DNA from: Schmidtea nova
Lineage: Eukaryota
Reading direction: 5' to 3'
Assembly (NCBI GenBank): GCA_044892505.1
Contig: CM097883.1
Coordinates: forward strand, 178,684,001 to 178,741,580
Length of the DNA stretch: 57,580 bases
The position numbers and the translations under genes are program-made. Position 1 is the first letter of the stretch. Each line of letters starts with the position of its first letter. Positions 1-11,229 of the stretch are shown here, one piece after another. Below the pieces are notes generated by a model that ran no database searches, was not told the origin of the DNA, and saw only the letters and a program-made list of their open reading frames with translations.

Positions 1-260
1 CATATGTTATATTGACACACATACTAATATTATAAACACGTCAGTGTAATAACCATAAAGAAATATATGTGTGCGTATATTTCTCTCACCTAAAACAGAT
101 TTGATTGGTCGGTTAATAACCGTTGAAATATTTTAGATATATACACTATCTTTTCATTTTTTCATCACTTTTTAACAACCAATTTTACGATTTCATTCAA
201 TTTAATTTAATCAATATGATGAATAATATTAAAAATATATCTAAGAAGAATGTCGCCGCC

Positions 261-766
261 ATGGGTAATTTTATTTTTTATTTTAATATATTATCTTTAT
301 ATTATTTCAATTTTCAGTAGCTTCGAATGGTTCCAAGTTGAAGTATGAAGCACCAGCAAATATTGTTTTAGGGCAAAATGGTATATTATTATTATTATTG
401 CTATATATTTTTTCATAATATATTTTTTAGAAATAAGAACTGTTAATTCTAATTTATTGAGATCTTTTGATCATAATCTTCGTGGACGAATTTTTCCCAC
501 AGATATTGATGAATCATTGACTAGTGGTAAATAATTGTTTTATATTTATTATGTTGTAATATATTTTAATTTAGAAATTGTATATAATAAACATGGAGAT
601 TCGTCCAATACATCAATGGAGATAACTTCAATCACGTTATCGAATATCGATTCAAACAATATGCCTGAGAAAATTCATAAAGAAAAAGAATCAGATGAAA
701 TCCATGCCAGTGATGATATTTTAATGTCTGATGAAAATTTGAGCGAAATAAATGACTCGCTAAAAT
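261..766 (+). CDS. Spliced gene of unknown function, at least 4 exons (261-264, 318-380, 431-526, 575-766); start may be ATG 261 (GCCGCCATGG context) or ATG 217
   Basis: GT-AG introns of 53, 50 and 48 nt (265-317, 381-430, 527-574). All junctions are phase 1 and the internal exons are 63, 96 and 192 nt. They splice into one open frame, MVASNGSKLKYEAPANIVLGQNEIRTVNSNLLRSFDHNLRGRIFPTDIDESLTSEIVYNKHGDSS...DSLK, ending at a GTAAGT donor at 767. No recognisable domain. Confidence 0.7.
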
Positions 767-1336
767 GTAAGTATTTGTTAAATTGTTTAAAATTTATATT
801 TAAATTATAAACATTTTTAATATATTTTTTACATTATTTGAATATTATAAATACAATATTTAAAAAATTTATAAATTAAACATATTTAAAAAATTTATAA
901 ATTAAACATATTGTAATTTATATTAAAATTATTTATTTAAAATATTATTCTAATTAATAATAATTTAAATACTTTTTAATAATATAAATTTCAATATTTA
1001 ATCATATAGTAAGAAAAATACTATTTTATTTTAATGTTTGTGATTGATAATAATAATATTTACCTTAATCTTTTTCTGTTTATTTTAGAAAACTTTAATA
1101 ATAATAATAATAATAAATTATTTTAAATATTTGTCGATTTATTATAGTAAATAGGTTAATATAATAATAATTCTTCAAATATTAAGAATAATTTATATAA
1201 ATTTATATCGATTTTTTATATTATTATTTTATATTATTATTTTATATTATTTTAAATTTGCCTTGTACATTCAGGCTCTTTATATGATAATTATTGCCAC
1301 TCATCGGGCAAACACGGTCTACAATGTCATCAACTT

Positions 1337-4300
1337 ATGACAATTTATTATCGTTATAAGTTCAATGGCATTGTCTTTTATATTTGCCCTAAATGTGAGA
1401 CTTCCCAACCCATCTCCTATTCTGATTTTTATGCTCAACATCACGTTCATCTTTCGCAATTTTTTAAATCTAAAAAATTAATTTTTAAACTTAATTCTGA
1501 GACTTCAAACATCTCTTCTTTGAAAAAATCTGTTAAAGTTGATTTAACTAAGTCTTCAACTCGTTTAAATAATAAATTACTAAATAACTTATTAAATACT
1601 ACTAATATAGAAATAATTAATCAAAATAATAAAATTAAAAATATCAAAAAACGGCCTGCTGATACCATAAAATTTATTGCCCCCAAGAAAAATAAACCTG
1701 AAATAATTATTTTAAGCGACGACGATGAAATTGTTATAAATAATCAAATAGGGGGTTCAATTAATATAAATGATGAGCCTGTAATCGAAAAAGATTTAAA
1801 AGGATCTCGACGATCATTAACTTTTAACGTTGAGTCACATAATATAAATCAAATTGCTGTAACAGAAAAAATTGCTGAACGGTTAAATAAAGAAATACGA
1901 AAAATGGGGAATGTAAAAATTCAATTCGCGCTTAATATTCAGTTTGAAAAAGATGGGGTGTTAAAAAATGAGTTTTTATCTAATAATGCAGAAATTTTTT
2001 CAGATAATTTTTTAATAGAGGGTATTAGGAAATTAAACAATAAAATTGAAAATTTCACACAGATGGGTAGCGGCTGGATTGTAAACAAAATACGGGAAAT
2101 CCATTTTATTTTAACAAAGTATTCCACCATGAGTCGATTATCTGGACATGGACATTTTAAAACCCCAAAACCGTTATTAAATAAAAGGGCTATTATAAAT
2201 GTAGAAAACTCGGACGATTTATGTTTTATATATAGTGTTTTGGCTATTTTGAAACATGAATCCATCACAAATAATCATTGTGTAACTTCAAGTTATATTC
2301 CTTTTTTAAACGATTTAGTTTTTGACCCTATAGAGGACTGCCCCATGCAACTATGTAACATCCCAAAATTTGAGCATAATAACCCAGGCTTAGCCATTAA
2401 TGTGTTGTCATACAACCCTAAAGTAATTCATAATAATGATATTGATGTGGAAGATGATGACTATGTTCCTCATCATCCCCACTTGGAAATAATACATCGA
2501 ACAAAATTAAATAATTATAACCCCATTTATCTTTTATTATTAGAAAATGAGGGCATTTATCATTATACGGCAGTCATTAATCTACAAAGGTTAATGAACT
2601 GTCATAAAAATAATTTAATTAACAGTAGGATTCAATCTTTATGGTGTCCTAGATGTTTAAATGGTTTCCGTAGTCAGGAAACCTTTGACAAGCATTTTAA
2701 TTTATGTAGGAAGAATCAAATAGGAACTACCCTTTATAGTTTACCTAAAAATAAAAATCTAGAATTTGGGGATTTTTCGAAAACTGTAACCCCACCATTT
2801 GTAATATATGGCGACTTCGAGTCAATTTTACCAATTGATGACCGTTATCACCAAAAACATTTGCCGGTATCAGCAGGATTATTACTTTTAAATAATTTAA
2901 ATAATACAAAATCATATTTCGAATTTATCGGTATTGAATGCGTAATTCAATTTTTAAAGAAAGTGGAGGAAATTGCTGTCACAATTGTCCTGCCTTATTA
3001 CGACATTCATGGAAATGCTCCGTTGCAGACATTATCTTTTTCTGAGGAACAATCTTTTCGATCTTGCTTGAATTGTTTTCTTTGTAAGAAACCCATTAGG
3101 AATCGAATTAGGGCTTTTGATCACTTTTCTGGTAGATATCTTGGGGCAGCATGTAAAATCTGCAATAATACTAGACGACTTCGTAAACATTTGCCTGTAA
3201 TCTTTCATAATTTGAGAGGTTATGACCTACATCATATTTTGAAGTATGGTTTGTCTGATTTCCCCTTATGGGAATTAGATATTATTCCAACAACGACAGA
3301 GAAATTTATTTCTCTTATAGCTAATATTAATAAACTTGCTGTTAGGTTTATTGATAGTTATCAATTTGTAACAGCTTCCTTGGATAAAGCAGTAAAAACG
3401 CTGTCCGTTTTTCCTCTTACATCATCCGTTTTCACTGGCTCTATCATGAATTGTAAGGGCATTTTTCCATTTAATTTTGCTACCAGTCTTGAGATTTTAG
3501 AGAATACTTTTGAGTTGCCACCAATTTGGGAGGAAGTAACTGAGACTCAATATATAAAAGCTCAAGAAATCTGGCGCGAAAATAACTGTAGAAATTTACT
3601 TGACTACATGATGGTCTACCTAAAATTAGACGTATTTCTCCTCGCAGATTTTTTCCAACAATTCCGAGCTAAGTCTATTGCACACAATGACTTAGATCCT
3701 TTGAATTTTTATGGAATTCCCGGTATGTCATGGGCTTCAGCGCTCATGACATTAAAGGAACCTATAGAACTTCTTCAGGATATGGAAATGTATAATTTCT
3801 ACGGGGTGGATTGACATTTGTCAATAAACATTACGTTAAAGCGTCAGATGATACTGAACTTTTATATATAGATATCAATAATCTATATGGTTGGGCTCTT
3901 AGCCAAAGTCTTCCTTTCGGTGATTTCAGGTGGGTGCATAACAATCTTGAAGATATTTTGACTGAGTGCATGTCGACGGATATTGATGATCTTTCATATG
4001 GTTACACTATGGAAGTTGACATTAATATTCATGAAAACTTGCATGTGTTTTTGGATGATTTTCCTCTTGCTCCGGAAAAGATGTACCCACCATTCTCGAA
4101 AGTTGAGAAGTTAATGCTCACGCATTATCCGAAGTATAACTATGTTATACATTGGAGACTTCTCAAGATGTTTGTGTCTCTTGGGGCTAAAATTTCTAAA
4201 ATTCATAGAGCAATTAGATTTAAACAATCTAAAATCTTTAAGGATTATATCGACGCTAATACTGAGTTTAGAGCAAACTCGAGTAATGAACTTGACAAAA

Positions 4301-5163
4301 ATTACTTTAAGCTTTTGAATAACAGCCTATATGGTAAATCCGTCGAAAATCTGAAAAAACGGATGAATTTGAGATTATGTAATTCATCTGAAAAGATGAT
4401 TATATATTCTTCAAAGCCGTCTTTCAGAAAGTCCATCAAAATTGATGACGATCTGATTGCAGCACATCTGAATAAAGATTTAATATGTTTAGATAGACCT
4501 AGTTATATCGGTCAAACGGTACTAGATCTATCTAAACTACGGATGTATCAGCTGCAATATATTGAATTGCAGAAATATAGGGATCTCTTTGATTGCACTA
4601 TAGGCATTGTTGCTGGCGACACTGACTCGTTCTTTATTGAGGTTAAAAACTGTAAACTTACCACACTTTTACCGGCTATGATTTCAGATTGTCTTTTAGA
4701 TACATCTAACTATGATCGCGACCATTCCTTATATTCACGACGTCTTGACTCGGTTATAGGTAAATTTAAAGATGAAAGTAAGGGTAATGAATATAAGGAA
4801 TGGGTTTTCTTACGCCCGAAATGTTATAGCCTTCTTGGTGATGTTGAATTAAATAAAGCCAAGGGGATTCAACTTAAAGGAACTAACATCAATCATCAAT
4901 CTTATATTGATTGTTATCTTAATGACCGGATTTTCACTGTACCACAAACTCGTATAGGGACTAAGAATCACCAGCTCTTTACGATTAAAAATAATAAGAT
5001 TGCTCTTACTAATAACGACGATAAGCGCCATTGGGTTGGGAGGAATGAAAGTCTTGCATTTGGGCATTATTTAGGAGTCAATGACTGGACTAATGGCGAT
5101 AATAATCCACCCGAAGAATTGCCAGATCCTCAATCAATACAGATGGAACAAGATTCATGGTGA
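1337..5163 (+). pseudogene. Polinton/Maverick protein-primed family B DNA polymerase (pPolB) with a C2H2-like motif and an HNH/endonuclease VII-like insert; split by one frameshift at ~3801
   Basis: Exo motifs IYGDFES, FHNLRGYDLH and YLKLDV; pol motifs YIDINNLYG, KLLNNSLYGK, GDTDSF, RPKCY and KAKG; WCPRCLNGF...H motif; CFLC...DHFSGRYLGAACKICN. ORF1 ends MYNFYGVD*, while the -1 frame reads RGGLTFVNKHY from 3802. Confidence 0.93.
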
Positions 5164-5976
5164 CAATAGAGTTTTACAAAAATAAAAGATTTATATTTTT
5201 AAATATTTGGTTATTTTTAAAGTTTTTTATTGTTTGTTTGTTTTATATAGGAACCTGTGTAAATACTAAATGTTTTTATATAGGGACTAGTATCATTTTT
5301 CAATTCATAATCGTTTGGTATTATNNNNNNNNNNNNNNNNNNNNNNNNNNNNNNNNNNNNNNNNNNNNNNNNNNNNNNNNNNNNNNNNNNNNNNNNNNNN
5401 NNNNNNNNNNNNNNNNNNNNNNNNNNNNNNNNNNNNNNNNNNNNNNNNNNNNNNNNNNNNNNNNNNNNNNNNNNNNNNNNNNNNNNNNNNNNNNNNNNNN
5501 NNNNNNNNNNNNNNNNNNNNNNNNNNNNNNNNNNNNNNNNNNNNNNNNNNNNNNNNNNNNNNNNNNNNNNNNNNNNNNNNNNNNNNNNNNNNNNNNNNNN
5601 NNNNNNNNNNNNNNNNNNNNNNNNNNNNNNNNNNNNNNNNNNNNNNNNNNNNNNNNNNNNNNNNNNNNNNNNNNNNNNNNNNNNNNNNNNNNNNNNNNNN
5701 NNNNNNNNNNNNNNNNNNNNNNNNNNNNNNNNNNNNNNNNNNNNNNNNNNNNNNNNNNNNNNNNNNNNNNNNNNNNNNNNNNNNNNNNNNNNNNNNNNNN
5801 NNNNNNNNNNNNNNNNNNNNNNNNNNNNNNNNNNNNNNNNNNNNNNNNNNNNNNNNNNNNNNNNNNNNNNNNNNNNNNNNNNNNNNNNNNNNNNNNNNNN
5901 NNNNNNNNNNNNNNNNNNNNNNNNNNNNNNNNNNNNNNNNNNNNNNNNNNNNNNNNNNNNNNNNNNNNNNNNNNNC

Positions 5977-7172
5977 ATACTTATTTCTGACATAGAAAAA
6001 TTGTTCGTGACCTACTTTTTTCTGACAGAAAAAATATATTTTACCTACTTTGTTGACCTTATAGTATCCTTAATGTACCCTTAATTCTGACTTTGAAAAA
6101 TTTCGAAATTTATTATTAACCTACTTAATTTTTACATAGAAAAAATTTTAGAAATTATTATTATTGACCTACTTAATTTGTCCTCATATTTACCTTAAAT
6201 TGACCTACTTAATTCGTCCTCACATTGACCTTAAATTGACCTACTTAATTCCGACATAGAAAATATTTTAAATATATTATAACTTTGAATAATTTTATAT
6301 TTGACCTACTTAATTCTGACATAGGAAAATTTTTATAAAAATAAAGTTGACCTACTTATTTCTGACATAGAAATATTTTTGAGAAAAATAAAGTTGACCC
6401 ACTTTTATCTGACATAGAAAAATTTTCGTGACCTACTTTTTTCTGACATAGAAAAATTTTCGTGACCTACTTTTTTCTGACAGAAAAATTTTAAGAAAAA
6501 TAAAGTTGACCTACTTTTTTCTGACATAGAAAAATTTTTGAAAAAATAAAGTTGACCTACTTATTTCTGACATAGAAAAATTTTCAAGTTTTTTATATTT
6601 GACCTACTTTTTTCTGACATAGAAAAATTTTCAAAATTATTATTGACCTACTTAATTCGTTGTCATAGCAACCACCAAATTTTGAAAAAAATAAAGTTGA
6701 CCTACTTATTCGTTGTCATAGCAACTTAAAAATATTTGACCTACTTTTTTCTGACATAGAAAAAATTTGAAAATTATATTTGACCTACTTATTTTAACCT
6801 TAAATTCACCTTAAAAATATTTGACCTACTTAATTTGTCCTTATCGTGACCTTAAATTGGCATTCTTTTTGACCTTATAATGTCCTTAAAACGACCTTGA
6901 CCTACTTTTTTGTCCTTAAAGTGTCCTTAAACCATAAATTTGACCTTAAATTCACCTTAAAGTGTCCTTAAATCGACCTTGGCCTACTTTTTTGACCTTA
7001 AAGTGTCCTTAAAGTGTCCTTAAGCAAAAAATTTGACCTTAAAGTGTCCTTAAAGTGTCCTTAAGCAAAAAATTTGACCTTAAATTGACCTACATAAATT
7101 TGACCTACATAAAAAAAAATTTTCTAGGGGGGGGGTCTTGACCTATATCTGGCGGGCTCACTTCCTACTACT
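5977..7172. repeat. Polinton terminal inverted repeat region with subterminal tandem repeats
   Basis: Many variable units built on TGACCTACTT...TCTGACATAGAAAAATTTT (5980-6830), then GTGTCCTTAA/GACCTTAAA repeats (6880-7090), a G-run at ~7127-7135 and terminal CTACTACT. The next 6 nt, ATAAAT (7173-7178), are the candidate TSD. Confidence 0.82.
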
Positions 7173-7794
7173 ATAAATATTTCACATGTCCAATATTGAA
7201 AAAATACTTGATTCAAAAAAATGAATCAAATTATTTTAGTACGATAGGAATTAGTAATGCATATTAATAAATTGAACTGACCGAAAACTGACAAGAAAAG
7301 ACAGCTTTATCCCCAAGCGCAAATCAGTGATTGTTTTATTAGAATGCCATTAGGAATTGCTGCCGCCTCAGAAACTTATGAACAAAGTACCCGGTGATTT
7401 GTCAAGTAAAACACTATAGGATATTTGAAAAAAAAATAGATTTTTTTCAAAAGATAAAAGAGGTTCATATAATCAGACTAAGTAAAGTCATAAAACGAAG
7501 AAAAAGCCTGAAAATAATACCAGAAAAATGTTTTTGAAAAATATTTCTGACTATAGAAAAAAATCTCAAGGGTCATATAATAAACAATAAAGCTGTTAGA
7601 GTAGATGAAAACCAAATTGAGACTAAATTATTTCGAAAGACATAAATGTCTAAAACAAGTTTGCTAGAATATTTCAACCAATGTGCTGAAACAATAAAGA
7701 AAAGTTAGTTTTATCTGTCACTGAAATAGCATTTGACACTAGGTGGTGTCCGATCCCAGATTGATGTCAATGGCAATAAAAGAGTAGTATCTTA

Positions 7795-9085
7795 CATGGT
7801 GCGCCCAATAAGTCGTGAGACTAATATAGAAATAATAATAGTAAAAAAATTGGTACAGACATATTTAAACTTCAACATATATAGATAAAGAAAATGTATT
7901 TTGTTTTAATAATCCATTATTGTTTAGGTATATTTTTGCGAACATTCGAAAAATGCCTCTGGAAACTATTCAATACCGTAGCGTTATTCGCTTTCTCTTT
8001 CTGAAAGGAAAAAATAGATAAGAGGTTCTTTCTGAACTGAAAGCTGTTTACCAACAAGAGTGCCCATCCACAGCAACAATTTATCGTTGGTTCAATTACT
8101 TTCAGAGTGGTAGAACCTCCGTGGTGGTCAAAGAAAGATCTGGAAGACCCTCAGAAATTGATGAAAAAATAAAGCAAAAGCTGCAGACAATCGTGCAAAA
8201 CGAGAGAAAAATAACGACGAGAGAGCTCACAACCCGTCTAAACGTGAGCAAAGGCACTGTGCATACTCTCCTCACTGAAAGTGGTATTCGAAAACTATGT
8301 TCCCGTTTTGTGCCACGCTTCTTAACAGTGGAAAAGCGACAACGATGCTTGGAATGCTGCTTGGAGAATCTGCAGATCAGGACCAATGTTGGAGACCGTT
8401 TCATTGATAATATCATCACTGTGGACGAGACACCATTGTCCCTTTATGTCCCCGAATCTTAAAGAGAGTCTCAAAAATGGAAACTGCCAGGAGAAAGCAG
8501 CTCACTGAAAATGCAGTCCTCAACTTGCCAGCGAAAGGCTCTCGTGCTGACGGTGTTTTGGAACACCAATGGCATTATTCTGACTGACTTTGCTGAATCC
8601 GGCGTGAAGATCAATAGTTCTTACTACTCCAACATCGTGCAGCAAGCAAGGAAGGCACGACGCAATAACAGAGTGTGTGATCTCTATTTTTTACACGATA
8701 ATGCTCCTATCCACACCAGCAGCGTTTCCATGGCCAAAATTGAGCGTTGCGGGCTCAATTTGCTTCCCCATCCACCATACAGTCCCGATTTGGCTCCCTC
8801 CGATTTTTTTTGTTTAACCATCTTAAGAAGCATCTGCGGGGCCAGTTGTTTGCCAACAAACATGATTTGAGAGCAGCCGTGGAGAGTTTTCTGGGAGAAA
8901 AGCCTTCAGAATTCTTCAAAAACGCCTTCGAAAACTTCGTTATTCGCTGGGAAAATTGTGTCAGTGCAGAAGGAAATTATTTTGAGAAATGATGCTTATT
9001 TACCATGCTTGTTCTAAATACAAAGTTTTGTGTTGATATCTTAAGTCTTTCTATTTTAGTCTCATGACTTATTGGGCGCACCACG
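7795..9085 (+). mobile_element. Full-length mariner (DD34D) transposon, 1291 bp
   Basis: ~30-bp TIRs CATGGTGCGCCCAATAAGTCGTGAGACTAA / TTAGTCTCATGACTTATTGGGCGCACCACG. TA at 7793-7794 on the left and CA (mutated TA) at 9086-9087 on the right. Confidence 0.93.
7953..8992 (+). pseudogene. Mariner transposase pseudogene (two in-frame stops, one frameshift)
   Basis: MPLETIQYRSVIRFLFLKGKNR*...RSGRP; catalytic TVDETP, LHDNAP and YSPDLAPSDF. Stops at ~8019 and 8460; frameshift in the T-run at ~8803-8811. Confidence 0.92.
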
Positions 9086-11229
9086 CATGAGTCTCACACA
9101 ATGAATAAATATGAAGTTAGTCATATTATTACAAAATAAGGATTTTGGTAATTTATTATTTTTCACAAAATTTCAAGCATTATTTATTCGGAAAGCGATT
9201 TAAAATAAGAACAGATAACAAGGCAATTATTTTTATGATGGCTACAAAAAAAACTTTTATAAAACCACAACTTCAAGATATGAGAAAATTTCTGAGTAGT
9301 TTAGAAATGGATATTAAATATAGAAAAGAAAATAAACATTCAAATGCTGATTTTTTTTGTGTCGAGATTAGTGTGGAAGATGCAGACAGTATATGGAAAT
9401 GCATGAAGACCCAAAAAACCAAAGAAATTACAACAAGAATATTGGAAATATCAGAGACCAAACAAGAAATAGAATGGCAACTTAATAATAAAAATTTGAA
9501 CGTCTTAAAACTTTGATAATGAAAAATGTGAACGATATAATTCAAAAATGGGATTCATGTCAAAGAAAAAAGACATTGATAACTGAGATTAACGGGACAA
9601 TAATACCAAAAGAGGTAGTCCAACTGTCTGAAGTTATACCATTTGATTTCTGTGAAACATTAAAAAGTAATGTTCAAGGAAAAAATACATTCTGAATTAG
9701 TGATTTGTGCAGTCAATATTAGCATTCTATTAATTTTGCAAATTGAAAATTCTCCAATATTCCAAATATTCACGATAAAGAAATAAAAAAAGTTAACAGA
9801 GAATTTAAGTTAATTGATCTAGTAAAAGATAAGATAGATTTAAGGAAAAAATATGATGATCTATATGATGAGTCTTATAATATGATAAAAAATATACACG
9901 AATAGAGTTATGAGTCAATGAATAAAGGTGGGAAGTTAATTATTAAAAATGTTAAATGGCTAAGTCCTTTAAAACAGTGCTATGTAACAATAAAATTTAA
10001 AATAATAAATCATAATTTATAATTTAATTAATTTGTAATTAACTACGTGATATATTAAATATTATATAATAGTCAATAAATATATATTATATACGGTAAA
10101 TGTAAATATTAATATACAGCATTATATACAGTATACATAATTTTTATTGTTTTAGAAATCACCAACAATTAAAAATGGATGTGTTTTAATAATTAACATA
10201 ATTTCTGATTTTTTGAAATAAGGATTTAACAATTGTCTTATTTTATTAGTATACTAATAGTGATCATCAAAGATTTTTGGTAATCATCTATTTAAGAAAA
10301 TGGTAAATTATTGTTTTGAAAGAATACACCAAATAACGGACATTAAAATCCCTATACTACAAAATAAAACTAGAGTATAAGATACAAACAAACTTGATTG
10401 TGCTAATGGTACGATATAGGTTTGCTGACAATGAATAAAATATTTATTATGTGGTCGATAAAAAGAGTAATAAAAAATCATAAACCATATAATGCTTGAA
10501 CATGGTAAAAAATGCATGCAAACTGGTAATTCATTAATTTCTACTAATGAATAAAAACCCATAATAAATTTTAATCACACATCAAAGTTTTGTGTGTAAC
10601 TCAAATTTTTAACTAAAAATTTTGTGTTAAGTCCCTATATTCGTACTAAATTATGTACAAAAATTATTCATAGAAGGTAATAATGTTTTACTAATTAATT
10701 TATTAGTTAAATTATTTTTCATTTATAATTAATTTAAAATTTTATCAAAAAATGGAAATATATGATGAATTTTATTAAAATGAATTTTAGTTGCAATATT
10801 AATTACTAACACTACATGAAAATAAATCCAATAACACTTCAAAATAACTTCAAAATTATATAAAATGATATTAAAGTCATTATAATTAAAATTACTTAAT
10901 ATTTTTCAAATAATATAATGATTAATCACTGATATACACACCAACTAGTATTATAGAATGTGGTATTCAGAGTTATACGGTATATTTTATGCGCATATAT
11001 TTTGCTCATATTTTAGCTCGTAACTCAGTGCGTGAATTTATATATTTAAGTGCGTGTTCATCGAGTTTTGATTTTATAAACTCGCGCCTGTGTGCGTGCT
11101 TTTTATTAGTTATTTTTGATAATTGAATAGGTTTTTCTAGTAATAGGATAATTCGGTATTGTCTTATTCTACTGGTTTTTGGTAAAAATTTCAGATTAAT
11201 TGGTATTCTTGTAATTAAGCTAGTTTGAG

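Larger units (their letters stand above)
1337..7172. mobile_element. Right-hand part of a Polinton/Maverick element; left terminus not in the window
   Basis: pPolB lies next to a repeat-rich terminus ending CTTCCTACTACT at 7172. Its reverse complement starts AGTAGTAG, the typical Polinton end. The N-run at 5325-5976 lies between the gene and the terminus, so linkage depends on the assembly. Confidence 0.8.
7179..9935 (+). mobile_element. Decayed Ty3/Gypsy pol remnant (RT, RNase H, integrase), interrupted by a mariner
   Basis: Relic motifs NIEKILDS..NYFSTIGISNAY**IEL and FIRMPLGIAAASETYEQ (7190-7385); KRVVSY, then after the mariner, SHTMNKYE...YYFSQNFKHYLFGKRFKIRTDNKAI (RNase H); integrase-like EVIPFDFC; purine tract AAAGGTGGGAAG at 9924-9935. 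Many stops and frameshifts. Confidence 0.8.

Noticed and set aside
718-755. CTGATGA...GAAA hammerhead-like string
   Set aside because: No stem II or stem I pairing; it lies inside a coding exon.
1939-2268. Antisense ORFs over TE genes (also 4849-5067, 8102-8419, 16269-16574, 37180-37452, 38276-38569, 38823-39017, 54777-55341, 56707-57271)
   Set aside because: Shadow frames of the real coding strand with no motifs of their own.
3795-3812. Programmed -1 ribosomal frameshift in pPolB
   Set aside because: No X XXY YYZ slippery heptamer, and conserved residues appear to be missing, which favours a deletion.
5157-5995. ORFs consisting largely of X here and at 23955-24398, 30813-31629, 32294-32527, 35061-35319, 36090-36332, 40487-40846, 41717-41956 and 47646-47873
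   Set aside because: Artefacts of N-runs, which contain no stop codons.
10261-10560. PIF1/Helitron helicase-like relic (LDCANGTI)
   Set aside because: One weak motif among many stops; no Helitron termini or Rep motifs.
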